The notes under the pieces: model-generated
Databases searched by the model: none
What the model saw: only the letters and a program-made list of their open reading frames with translations
What the model was told of the DNA's origin: nothing
Position numbers and translations under genes: made by a program
Shown here: piece after piece, positions 38,841 through 50,700 of the stretch
How the letters are laid out: every line of letters begins with the position of its first letter
Position numbering within the stretch: the stretch's first letter is position 1
Assembly (NCBI RefSeq): GCF_036971445.1
Contig: NC_091471.1
Span: 234,422,001-234,486,000 of the forward strand
Direction: 5' to 3'
Source of the DNA: Narcine bancroftii
Lineage: Eukaryota
DNA: 64,000 bases

Positions 38841-39439
38841 GGGGGCAAGATTCTGGAATGACCACCACCTTTCCCTTCCTAACAAATTAGGGCGTGGGAA
38901 TCTGGGAGGGATGGGGGTGGTCGAGAGCAAGTTTTGGAATCGGGGTGGAGGGGATCGAAGGTGTTCTCGAACCGGGGTGGGGTGGAGGGGTTTAAGAGGG
39001 GGTGTGGGAATGGAGGGGGTTCTAGAACCGGGGTGTGTGTGGGGTTTAAGAACGGGAGAGGGGTTCTGGAACTGGGTGGGATTCTCGAACCGGTGGTGTG
39101 CGGAGCGGAAGGGTATAAGAACAGGGATGTGGGGGTTCTCGAACCGGCAGGGGATGGTGCAGGGTATGAGAACTTTTTTGGGGGGGGGGGGTGGTAGAGG
39201 GAGTGGTCTGGATTCACGGAGGTGGAGAAAGGGAGCGGGGGGTGATGCACTGAAATTGGGACAGGTTGTGGGCCTGGTTCAAAGTCCATCCCTTCCTCTT
39301 AACCCTTCCACCATCCATTCCCCTTCTCTCTCTCCATCCTAGCCCTTCATTCACCTCCATCTCCTTCCCTATCCTTTCTTTTCTCTCCCTCATCCTTTTT
39401 AACCCCCTCCCTAATTCCCCCCCACCCCCACGGAACCAA

Positions 39440-39660
39440 TATTCACCACCCCTCGCGCTCCACCCGGACGGAAGCCGACGGCCGGACCCGCCTCCCTTAC
39501 TCTCCGATCGAATGTGCCCCGTGGTCCACAGACCGGAAGCTGGATCCAGGGAATTGACTGCACAGGAGCTGCGAGCGCAGGAAGGTAGGGACTCGCCAAC
39601 ACTTCATGCACGGCGCTCAACCCAACCAGAGCAGCGCGTCCGCGCCGCCTGCACCCGAAA
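39440..39660 (+). promoter_or_regulatory. Small CpG island; candidate promoter and exon 1 of the zinc-finger gene
   Basis: CpG-dense, ETS-like CGGAAG sites, CCGCC, donor AAG|GTAGGG at 39584/39585. Confidence 0.5.
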
Positions 39661-39939
39661 ATATCAATGCACTTAAAAATATATGCACATTCGGGGAGCA
39701 GAGGGCGATTTTTGCATTAAATTCAGTGCATGTCCATCAATAAACCTCCCAGTGCCAATGTAAAATATGGCGCTCCACGGATTATCATCAGTGAGTTTAG
39801 ATTCAGAAATATCCCTGTGTAGAAGAACCAATAGGCTCATTATAGGCGTCACAAGGCATTAGTATAATTAATTTATGCTTATCAATGCCCCTGAGGCAAG
39901 GTCTATTTGAGGGATTAATACCAGTGGACATAAATATCC

Positions 39940-40455
39940 TCGTTTGATTCAATGAGATCGTGGCCGATCTGATGACGGGTTCATCTCCACTGACCCCCGT
40001 TATCCTTCAATTCCCATACCATGTAGTAATCTGCCCAACCTGGTCGTAAATTCCTCATCTCCATCCTGGATCTTAAGGCCATGCCACCTAGTTCTGGTCT
40101 CCCCTCCCCCCACCAAAGGGAACAACTTACCTTCTTCCATCTTATCTGCCCCTTTCATAATTTTATATGTTTCTATTAGATCCACGCTCATTCTCTCCTG
40201 GGCGTCTCAATCTCTCCTCAAAGGCCAACACTCTCACCTCTGGGATCAACTTGGTGAACCCCCTCTGCACTGCATCCGGAGCCAGTACATCCTTCCTCAA
40301 GTGCAGAGACCAGACCTGCACCCAGTTGTCCAGATGTGGCCTTTCCAGTACCTGGTACAGTTGCAGCGGGCCCTCCTCCAGTCATGAAGACTGACGTTCC
40401 ATCTGCCTTCTCGACAGCCCGCCGCACCCACAAACCAACCTTTTGTGATTCATAT
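39940..40455 (-). mobile_element. CR1 3' fragment
   Basis: DLIETYKIMKG...LFPLVG..ETRTR.HGLKI. Confidence 0.8.
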
Positions 40456-40529
40456 TAGTGATGTCCACACTGGATCAGGGTAGGGTGTCCATGGGGATCA
40501 TGAGGGATGTGAGAGAGGAGGGAGCTGGG

Positions 40530-40750
40530 GGTGAGGTAGATGGAAGGTGTGAAGGGATTGAGAAAGGAGGGTGCGGTAGATGGAAGGTGTGAAGGGATTG
40601 AGAAAGGAGGGTGCTGGGGTGAGGTAGATGGAAGGTGTGAAGGGATTGAGAAAGGAGGGTGCGGTAGATGGAAGGTGTGAAGGGATTGAGAAAGGAGGGT
40701 GCTGGGGTGAGGTAGATGGAAGGTGTGAAGGGATTGAGAGAGGAGGGTGC
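40530..40750. repeat. 39/47-bp minisatellite GGTAGATGGAAGGTGTGAAGGGATTGAGAAAGGAGGGTGC
   Basis: Five near-identical copies. Confidence 0.92.
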
Positions 40751-40816
40751 TCAAGGATTAATATCAGAGGGGTTTATATTTATAAATGTCCCTGGGTGCG
40801 TGTGGGTTAAGAGAGA

Positions 40817-40888
40817 GACTCCGATAGCTCAGTGGTTACAGCACTGGTCCTGTAAACCAGAGTTCGCAAGATCGTTCCTCGCGGGGGG
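40817..40888 (+). pseudogene. tRNA-Thr(TGT)-derived pseudogene or SINE head
   Basis: ATAGCTCAGTGGTTACAGCACTGGTCCTGTAAACCAG closely follows vertebrate tRNA-Thr(TGT), with anticodon stem CTGGT/ACCAG. The B box/T loop (AGATCGTTC) and acceptor stem are damaged. Confidence 0.8.
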
Positions 40889-41189
40889 GGGGGGAACATT
40901 TCTGTAAGGGGCACTGGACAAAACTTCCTTAAAATGGACGTGAAAGAATTTCATGTACGTTACATTCTAAGTGTAGTATTACATGGCAATAAAGAAACCA
41001 TCACCTTTTATTATCAGAGGGGTTTATGTTTATAAATGTCCCTGTGTCAATGTCCATACTGGGTCCATGTGGGGAATGATCAAGGATTAATATTAGTGGT
41101 AATTCTGCCTGGCCCGCAAGATAGGAGAATCTCAGGGTTGTATGTGATGTCATGTCAGTACTGACAATAAATCTCAAATCGAGATTTAT

Positions 41190-41800
41190 AAACAGCAAGC
41201 GATTGCAGCACGCTGCTGAGCAGAAGGACTTGGGAGTGTGTGTGCATGAATCGCAAAAGGTTGGTTTGCAGATACAACGGGTTACCATTGGCCTTCATTG
41301 CTGGAGGGATTGAATTTAGGAGCAGGGTCCTGCTGCAATCGTACAAGATCTGAGTGAGTCTGCATCTGTACTAGTGCATGTGGGTCTGGTCTCCTCACTT
41401 GAGGAAGGACGTACTGGCTCTGGAGGCAGTGCAGAGGGGGTTCACCAGGGAGTGATTGAGTCGTCTGGAAATGTATAAAATTCTGGAAGGCACAGATAAA
41501 ATGGAGGTAGGTAAGTTGTTCCCATTGGTGGGGGAGACCAGAATTAGGGGATATAGCCTAAAGATCTAGAGGAGTAGATATACGATGGAGATGAAGAAGA
41601 ACTGCTTTTCCCAGAGGATGGTGAATCTGTGGAATTCACTGCTTATTGAACCAGTGGAGGCCACCTCAGTGAATACATTTCAGACAAGGTTGGATAGATT
41701 TTTGCATCGTAGGGGAATTAAGGGATTTGGGGAAAAGGCAGATCAGCCATCATCTCATTGCATGTTGGAACAGGCTCGAATGAACAGAAGGCTGATTCCT
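41190..41800 (+). mobile_element. CR1 3' fragment
   Basis: KDLGV.VHES, MKKNCFSQRMVNLWNSL, LDRFL. Confidence 0.8.
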
Positions 41801-42391
41801 GCTATTTCTTCAACTCAGGTTTCCATAGGGTGGGGTGTCTGCGGGGGTCGTGAGGATTTGAGAGAAGGGGGAGCTGGGGGTGAGGTAAATGAGAGATACA
41901 GAGGTGTGAATCTTGTCTGTGGAATGACAGGAAGGGGGGGGGGGGGAATTGTGGTAGATGGAGGATCCAGTTAAGTTGGGAACGATTGGGAGTCAAAGGA
42001 GAGAGTGGGTGCAGGAATATTAAGGTATGAATTTTGACCGCAGAGATATTTGGGAATGGATGATGAGAGGAGGGAATTGGGCGGTGGGTAGATAATGGGT
42101 AAGGAGGATCTGAATTTTGACGCTGTTGAGTTGGGAAGGCATTGGGAGATATGGGGAGGAGGGAGGTGGTGAGGTCGATAGAAGATATGTAGGATTTGAA
42201 ATCTTACCTCCGGAGAGATGGGAAGGGATTGAGAGATGAGAGCTGTGGTGGTGTGGGAGGAAGCGAGAGAGTGAATCTCAGTCGAATTAGTTGAGTGAGG
42301 AGGGAGCTGGGGGGGATACCCAGGGGCGAGTGAGTGAGAAGGGACGGGGTCCCCGTAGTCGGATCTAAATCAACTCCTTTTCTCCCCGCAG

Positions 42392-44603
42392 GTTTCTCCG
42401 TCCGGAAAGAGGGGCCGCGCCGGTCATAACTCCCCCCACCCCACCCCCTCCCGGAGGCGCGACGGCGTCCCGCGACCTCCAGCCCCCCGGCGCCGGGGTC
42501 CGGCCCAAGCGTCGAGGAGGAGAGAGAACGGCGGGAGGGAGGAGGAAGGCGAAGAGGAGGGCCGGCGGCCGCGGCCCCCGCCGGTGCGCCGACTGTGGGC
42601 ACCGCTGCCTGCGGGCGTGGAGTCTTGCCTGGCACCGGCGCGGTCACCCGCCGCGCTGGCCGTTCATCTGCTCGGTGTGCGGCCGCTCGTTCGGCCTCTT
42701 CACCGTGCTGGCCCGCCACGCCTGCCCGTCGCACCGCTGCCCCGACTGCGGCCGGGGCTTCGCCGCCGCGGCCATGCTGGCTTCTCACGCCTGCGACCCG
42801 CGGCGCCCCTACGCCTGTCCGCTGTGCCCCAAGCGCTTCGCCGCGCCCTGGTATCTGCAGAAGCACAAACGGCGCCACGCCAGGGCCCCGGCCCACCGTT
42901 GCGCTGATTGCGGCCGGGCCTTCAAGGAGGGCTACGAGCTGGCTCGCCACCGGCTGGTGCACGACCCATCCCGGCCGCATCCCTGTCCCGTCTGCCGCCG
43001 CCGCTTCCAACGCGCCGCCGCCCTGGGACTGCATCTGCGGGCGGCGCACGGTCCACCGCGCCCTCGCCCCTTCCGTTGCCGCTGCTGCGGCAAGGCGTAC
43101 ACCCGCTCGGCCCACCTCCTGCGCCATGAGTACGGCCACACCGGGGAGCGGCCCTATCCGTGTGCCGGCTGCGGCAAGGCCTTCCGCGACCCCGGCACGC
43201 TGCGGCGCCACCGGCGGCTGCACTGCCGGTCGGGCCCGGGCCAGGCCCCACCAGCCGCGCCGGCCCCGCCCGCTGCGCCCGGCCTCCCCAAGTGCGTGGT
43301 GTGCGGCAAACCGTTCGCCGACGCCGCCACCTTGCGCCGCCACCACGCTCGCGCCCATGGGAGCGGTCCGTTCTGCTGCCCGCTCTGCCGCCTCTCCTTC
43401 GCCGCCTCGGCCGCGCTGCAGCAGCACCAGGAGCGCTGGCACCCGCCGGCCGCCTCTGCTCCCCCCTATGCATGCGGCCAGTGCGGCCGCGCCTACGGCC
43501 GGGCGTCGCACCTACTGAGGCACCAGCGCTCGCACACGGGCGAGCGGCCCTTTCCGTGCCCCGGCTGCCCCAAGGCCTTCGTCAGCGCCCACGAGCTGCT
43601 GCGGCACCGGCTCACCCACACGGCCGAGTCACCTCACGCCTGCCCGACCTGCGGCAAGCGCTTCAAGCGGCCGCACTATCTGGCGCAGCACCGGCGCACC
43701 CACGTCGCCGGGGCGCCGCACTCCTGCTCAGCCTGCGGCAAGCGCTTCAAGACGCCCGCCTACCTACTCAAGCACCAGGGCCGCCACCGGCGCCGGTCGC
43801 GCGGCGGGGAGGCGGTGTTGAGGCGGCGGCGAGCGTGCGAGGAAAGGGCTTGGGTGGAAGGGCAGGCAGGCCCGGCGCAGTCTCAGTGGGGGGTGGCGTC
43901 GGGGTCCGCGCAGGCGCAGTGCAGCGAGTGGCCAGGGGAGGTAGGGTCCGCGCAGGCGCACTGGGGAGGGGCGGACTGGGTGGCCGGTTCGATATGGACC
44001 CAGTGCGGCGAGCGGGAGGGGGTTTCGGAAGCTGCGCAGACGCAGTGCAACGGGTGGGAAGGGACGTCAGGGTCCACGCACAGCGGAGAGCAAGAGGGGG
44101 TGGCGTATCCGGCGCAGGCCCTATATGTCGAATGGGAAGGTGCAGCAGGACGAGTGCAAGTGTCGGGGTCCGCGCAGGCGCACTGGGAAGGGGAGGCGTG
44201 GGCGCCCGGTTTTGCGCAGGCCCAGTGCGCCGAGCAGGAACCAACGTCGAGGTGCGCTCAGGCCACTGACGTCACCGTGCAGCAAGCGTCGGGGTCCGCG
44301 CAGGCGCAGCGCGGGGCACGGGCTGTGTGTTCTGCGCAGGCCCAGACGGTTTCGCTGGAACGAACGACAGGAGGTGCTCAGCAGGCGCAGTGCGGCGGGC
44401 GGGAGGAGGCTCTTGGGTCTGAGGTTTACGATTGCGGCCTGTGCCACCGCGCCTTCCCCGCTCTGGTGCAGCTGCTGGCTCACCGCTGCCGGCCGCTCAG
44501 CGGCCATGGTCCGGCCTTCGCCTGCCCACTCTCACCCCGCGCCTTCGGGCTCGCCACCCACCTGTCCTGCCCCGGGGGCTCGGCCCTGCCGGCGCAGCGC
44601 TGA
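42392..44603 (+). CDS. Multi-C2H2 zinc-finger protein, large terminal exon (~15 fingers plus a repeat linker); start codon not located
   Basis: Acceptor TTTTCTCCCCGCAG| at 42391; frame is open from 42393 to TGA at 44601-44603. Fingers include CRCCGKAYTRSAHLLRHEYGH-TGERP and CGQCGRAYGRASHLLRHQRSH-TGERP; some are C2HC (LARHAC, LASHAC, LAHRC). No KRAB domain seen. ATTAAA near 44997 and 45231. Confidence 0.92.
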
Positions 44604-45599
44604 GGGGACCTTGGTCCCCCCCCCTTCCTCCATCTCTCTCCCACCCTTCCCCTCACTCTCCCTCTCCCCACTCTCGCCTACCCTCCCTCTTCCATCTCTC
44701 CCCCTTCTATTTCTCTCTTCCCCTCGCTCCCCTTCCCCCACTCTCTCCCTGTCCCCTCGCATTTCCCCCTCTCCATATTCTCTCCCTTCTCACTCCTCCT
44801 CCCCCTTATCCTCTCAATCTTTGAGAACCTCTCTTCCAAAATCCACCCCAACTCATCGCTTGTTGCCACCTCGCTCCCTGCCCCCGAGCTACCTCCTCTG
44901 CAAACGAGGCAACTTAGCTACCCCAACCCCTCCCCCCACCCCCGAGCCAAGACAGGAAGGGTCCTGATGGGGAGGTGGGGGTGGGGGGAGGTCATCATTA
45001 AATGTTCCCCTTCCTTTGCCTTCAGGGGTGTGAGTGGCAGGTGACCTTCACGAGGGGGTCAGAAGAGTGGGAAATGTTGAGGGTGCTGTTCCACATCTGT
45101 GGCTGGGTTTGGTATTGTGTAAGTCGTGTTCCCTCACCCTCTCTCCCTCTCCCCTCCTGGACAGACAAGTGTTGTTTTGTAAATGTCTACCACTCTGAAC
45201 ACTTCAATCTCTGTACATATGTATCTTGTCATTAAATCAGCTCCCCAGGCTCATGTAGGGATGCCCGTTTTAGTATTGAACTCGATTCATTCTTCAACGC
45301 GCCCTCCCTGCGGTCTAGATTGAGGATCCGGGGGTGGGGGAGAAAGACCTCTGGATACGGGGACCGACATGGTGAACGGTGGGGAGTGTTGTAGAATAGA
45401 GAGAACTCAGGGTATGGGGACATTGGGTTCCAAGTTGCAGTGGGGGCCTCGGGCTCCCGGGCAGCAGAGAGGATCTTGGGCTCACTGCAGGAGTGGGGAC
45501 CTTGGGTCTCTGGGCAGAAGCGGGGACCCTGGTGTTTTTTATGACCCCTTGGGTCGGTCCAGTCGTCGACCCCAAGGATCGATATTGTCATTTTCGAGA

Positions 45600-46605
45600 C
45601 CAGTACTCTACTCTCACGACTGTGTGGCCAGGCACAATTTCAATGCCATCTGCAAGTTTGCTGACGACACCAAAGTGGTCGGCAAAATCACAGACGGCAA
45701 CAAGGAAGAGTACAAGAGGGAGGTGGATCAGCTTGTTGAATGGGGTCACACCAACAACCTTCCTCTCAAAGTCAGCAAAACCAAGGAGATGACGGTGGAC
45801 GTCAGGAGGGAGTTGGGGAACACGACCAGGTCCCCATCGAGGTAAAATACAGGATTCTGTTGACTCCGTGGTTAAGTGAAAAACACAAATGCTGGAGAAA
45901 CTCAGCAGGTCCAACAGTGCCTTAATGTCGCAAAGGTAAAGATACATCAACGTTTTGGGCTTGAGCCTGTATCTTAATCTTTGAGACTTAAGGCACTGTT
46001 GGACCTGCTGAGTTTCTACAACATTTGTGTGTTTTTCAGTCCTCATCAAGGGCTTAGTAGTGGAGAGAGTCAAAGACTGGGGATCACCATCTCTGAGGAT
46101 CGGTCCTGGATCCTCCACGTCAATGCGATCACGGAGCAGACTGGCCAGCGGCTAGGCTTTGTGAGGTGTCTGAGGAGATTCGGTCTGTCACTGAAAACTC
46201 GCGTAAACCTCTACAGGTGGACCGTGGAGAACATTCAGACTGATCCCATCACTGCCTGGTACGGAGGTGCCAACTCTCAGGACAAGAATAAACTCCAGAG
46301 GGTCGTTCACTCGGCTTGAGACATCACGGGCACCAGACCTAACTCCATCGACGTGAGTCGGGGTCCTCAAAGAACTCCCCCCCATCCCAGGCCTGGCCCT
46401 CTTCACTCTGCAACCATCGGGGAAAAGGTCCAGGAGCCTGAAGACGAGCACAAGGACAGCTTCTTCCCAGCTGCCACCAGATTCCGGAAAGATCCATGAA
46501 CCAATGACACAGCCTCAGTTTGATCTTTTCTTCCAAGATTTTTTTCCCCTGTGAGGCTGCTGCAGAACAAAGAATTTCTTGTTCATGACAAATACTGATT
46601 CATGT
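45600..46605 (+). mobile_element. Rex1/Babar-type fragment interrupted by an inverted-repeat element
   Basis: ICKFADDTKVVG, SKTKEMTVD, ITAWYGGANSQDKNKLQRVV. Confidence 0.88.
45843..46037. mobile_element. Short insertion with ~43-bp inverted repeats (MITE-like or Penelope-derived hairpin)
   Basis: Arms at 45883-45925 and 45988-46030 are reverse complements with 2 mismatches. Flanked by the decayed duplication GTCCCCATCGAGG / GTCCTCATCAAGG. Confidence 0.75.
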
Positions 46606-46899
46606 CAGGGAGAAAGATGGAGCGTGGGTCTGGATGACCGAGGCAATGCTGGGTTAATGCAGTGTTTGCATGACCTGACCTTTGAACAGACCCAGTCGTG
46701 CTCAGTCATCTCGGGGCCAGTTCCGAACTGCACGGAAGGGTTTCTCTCTCGTACGTCCTGACGTAGATGAGAACAGTCGGGGAACTCCCTCGGTGGTGAA
46801 GTGACGAACTTGAGGGCTGGAAGGAATTCCTGAGGGTTTTAAATCGGATGTGGAGCAACCAGTCACGCTCCCTTCTTGTGTATAACATCCTCTTTCGTT

Positions 46900-47625
46900 C
46901 CCGTCCCCTGTTCAAACCCCCTCCCTGTCTGTAACCCTGTCCACTCTCCTTCACCCTGTTCCATCCCCCCTCCCTGTCCCTGTAATTCCCTCCACTCCCC
47001 ATCCGCCTGTTCAGAACCCCCTCCCAGTCAGTAACCCCCTCTGCTCCCCGACCCCTGTTCAAAACCCCCTCCCTGTCTCTGTAATCCACTCCGTACCCTG
47101 TTACCTGTTCAAAACCCCCTCCCTGTCTCTGAAATCCACTCAGTACCCCGTTCCCTGTTTTAACCCCCACCCTGTCTCTGTAACCCCCTCCGTTAACCCG
47201 CCCCATGTTCAAAACCCCCTCCCTGTCTAATCCACTCTGTTCCCCATCCCCTGTTCAAAACCCCTTCCCTGTCTGTAACCCCCCCTCCGTTCCCTGTCCC
47301 CTGTTCAAAACCCCCTCCGTCTGTAACCCGCTCTGTTCCCCCTCCCCTATTCAAAACCCCCTCCCTGTCTCTAACCCCCTCCATTCCCCGTCCCCTGTTC
47401 AAAACCCCACCTGTCTCTGTAACCCCCTCCCTTCACTATCCCCCTGTTCAAACTCCCCTCCCTGTCTCTAACCCCCTTTAGGCCTCGTTCCCTGTTCAAA
47501 TCCCCCTTCCCTATCTCTGTAACCCCCTCCACACCCCATCCCCCTGTTCAAACCCCCCTCCCTGTCTCTGTAACTCCCTCCACTCTCCATCCCCGTGTTC
47601 AACCCCCCCTCCCTCTCTCTGTAAA
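46900..47625. repeat. ~54-bp C-rich minisatellite (CCCTGTTCAAAACCCCCTCCCTGTCTCTGTAACCCCCT...)
   Basis: About 13 tandem copies. Confidence 0.9.
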
Positions 47626-47752
47626 GGGAAAAGTGGGGGAAGAGAAGATGAGAGGTGGGACAGAGGAAAAGATGGAGAGGGGGTGTGAGTCTAAGTGGAG
47701 ACTTTATTAGTCAAAGCAGGGTTCAAACATTGTAGACGACGGTCCAGAGTGT

Positions 47753-50700
47753 TCATTCATAGAGGAAAGCTGATACACCACTCTTCCACGCCACGATCGC
47801 CTCGGGTGTGAACCACAGGGCGATCTCTCTCTCAGCTGTCTGCGCAGAGTCACTTCCATGGATGATGTTTCTGGATGGGAGAGAAATGGGGGCGGATCAG
47901 TGGTCAATGAATGGGAACTGTGCCACACGCTGCGCTCTGACCCTGGGATATGGAGACTGTGGAATTGTGTGCTCCTGGTGTGGGATACGGAGACTGGGAA
48001 ACCGTGCAGTATTCCACGTGTGCTCCGATCCCAGGTATATGGGAATTATTTTTACCACGTGCAAGAATAAATTTACCTTCCAACATTAATACTGAGGTCT
48101 CCACGAATGGTTCCAGGTTTAGATTGAGCAGGATCAGTCTCTCCCATCATATCACGACAGAGTTTAATAATATTTTGTCCTTCCCAGCACTGCAGAAAGT
48201 TGAAAAAATGATGTTATTTGCAAAAATTACACATCTTTCAACTGAGCAAACGTATTCGTAAGAGAGAGAGAGAGAGAGAGATAGATACCATTCAGTGTAC
48301 AGATATCCCCCTGAGAGAGGGGTCTGGGAGACACCAGTCAGTGTACAGATATACTCCTGAGAGAGAGAAAGAGTGACAGAGAAACTCCAGTCAGTGTTCA
48401 GATATCCCCTGAGAGAGAGGGATGGAGAGCCACTGGTCAGTGTACAGATATCATGCTGAGAGAGAGGGATGGAGAGACCCCGTCAGTGTACAGATATCCC
48501 TCTGAGAGATGGGGACAGAAAGATTCCGGTCAGTGTTCAGATATCCTACTAAGAGAGACGAATGTAGAGACCCCAGTCAGTGTAAAGAAATCCCCCTGAG
48601 AGAGAGGGACGGAGAGCCCACCGTCAGTGTACAGATATCCTATTGAGAGAGAGAGGGACATAGAGACTTCAGTCATTGTCCAGATATCCAGCAAAGGGAG
48701 AGGGATGGTGAGATACAGATATCGCCCTGAGAGGGGGGAAAGGAGAGAGCCCGGTCGGTGTACAGATAACGCCCTGAAAGAGAGGGACAATGCAACCCCG
48801 GTCAGTGTACAGATATTCCCACGAGAGAGAGAGTGACGGAGAGACTCCAGTCAGTGTGCAGATATCCCCCTGAAGGTGAGGGATGGAGAGACCCTAGTCA
48901 GTGTACAGATAACCCCTTGAGAGAGAGAGAGGGACGGAGAGACTCTGGTCAGTGGGCAGATTTCCCCCTGAAAGAGATGGATGGAGAGACCCCAGTCAGT
49001 GAACAGAAATCCCCCTGAGAGAGTGGGATGGAGAGACCACTCAGTGTACAGATATCCCCCTGAGAGAGAGAGGGACGAAGGGACCCCAATCAGTGTACAG
49101 ATATCCTCCTGAGAGATGGGGATGGAGAGATTCTTGTCAGTGTTCAGATATCCCCCTGATAGAGACGGATGTGGAGACTTCGGTCAAATATGTTAATGGT
49201 AAAAGGAAAGCTAGAGACAAAATTGGTCCCTTAGAGATTCAGAGCGGAAAACTGTGTGTGGAGCCTAGAGAAATGGGGGAGATATTGAACAGTTTCTTTT
49301 CTTCAGTATTCACTAAGGAGAAGGATATTGGGAGATGTGAGATAAAAAAAAGCAAATTGGGTAAATATGGGGAATATAGAGATTACAAAAGATGTAGTTT
49401 TAGGGCTTTTGAAGAATATAAAGGTGGATAAGTCTCCGGGACCAGACGGGATCTTCCCCAGGACATTGAGAGAAGTGAAGGAGGAAATAGCAGAGGCTCT
49501 GGCGGTAATTTTCCAAATGTCATTAGATATGCGGATAGTGCCGGAGGATTGGCGCATTGCGCGTGTGGTTCCGTTATTTAAAAAGGGTTCAAGGAGGAAG
49601 CCTGGCAACTATCGGCCTGTAAGTTTGACGTCTGTGGTAGGTAAATTAATGGAGAAAATTCTTAGAGATAGTACTTATAAACATCTGGATAGACAGGGTC
49701 TGATCAGGAGCATTCAACATGGATTTGTGGGAGGAAGGTCATGTTTGACCAATCTGATTGAATTTTTTGAAGAGGTGACTAGGAATGTGGATGAGGGTAG
49801 TGCAGTGGATGTTGTCTATATGGACTTCAGTAAGGCCTTCGATAAGGTACCACATGGAAGGTTAGTTAAGAAGGTGCAGTCTTTAGGTATAAATTTTGAG
49901 ATAGTCAAATGGATTGAACATTGGCTGAAAGGGAGAGGCCAGAGAGTGGTAGTGGATAATTGTCGGCCTCAGGTTGGAGGCCGGTGACCAGTGGTGTGCC
50001 TCAAGGATCTGTATTGGGCCCATTGTTGTTCGTTATATACATTAATGATCTAGATGATGGGGTGGTAAATGGGATTAGTAAATATGCAGACGATACTAAG
50101 ATAGGTGGAATAGTGGATAATGAAGAAGGTTTTCAAGGATTGCAGAGGGATTTGGGCTGCTTAGAAAAGTGGGCTGAAAAATGGCAGATGGAATTTAATG
50201 CTGATAAGTGTGAGATGCTTCATTTTGGTAAGAAGAATCAGAACAGGACATACGTGGTAAATGGGAGAGCATTGATGAATACAGAAGAGCAGAAAGATTT
50301 AGGAGTAACGGTACATCGTTCCCTGAAGGTAGAAACTCACGTGAATAGGGTGGTGAAGAAGGCTTTTAGTATGCTGGCCTTTATCAATCATTGCATGGAA
50401 TATAGGAGTTGGGAGGTGATGTTGAGACTGTATAAGACGTTGGTGCAGCCTAATTTGGAGTTCTGTGTGCAGTTCTGGTCGCCTAATTATAGGAAGGATA
50501 TAAACAGAGTGGAGAGAGTGCAGAAAAGGTTTACCAGAATGTTACCTGGGTTTAAGCATCTAGAGTATAGGGAGAGATTGGACAGATTAGGTCTTTATTC
50601 TTTGGAGCGTAGAAGGTTGAGAGGGGATTTGATAGAAGTATTTAAGATTATGAAAGGGATAGACAGAGTGGATGTGGATAGACTATTTCTGTTAAGAGGA

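Noticed and set aside
38218-39342. 374-aa ORF
   Set aside because: Read-through of ERCC1 introns, one exon and low-complexity 3'UTR.
40817-40888. Functional tRNA-Thr gene
   Set aside because: T loop/B box and acceptor stem are disrupted, and there is no oligo-T terminator.
42204-44967. Overlapping and antisense Arg/Ala/Pro-rich ORFs
   Set aside because: Shadow frames of the very GC-rich zinc-finger exon.
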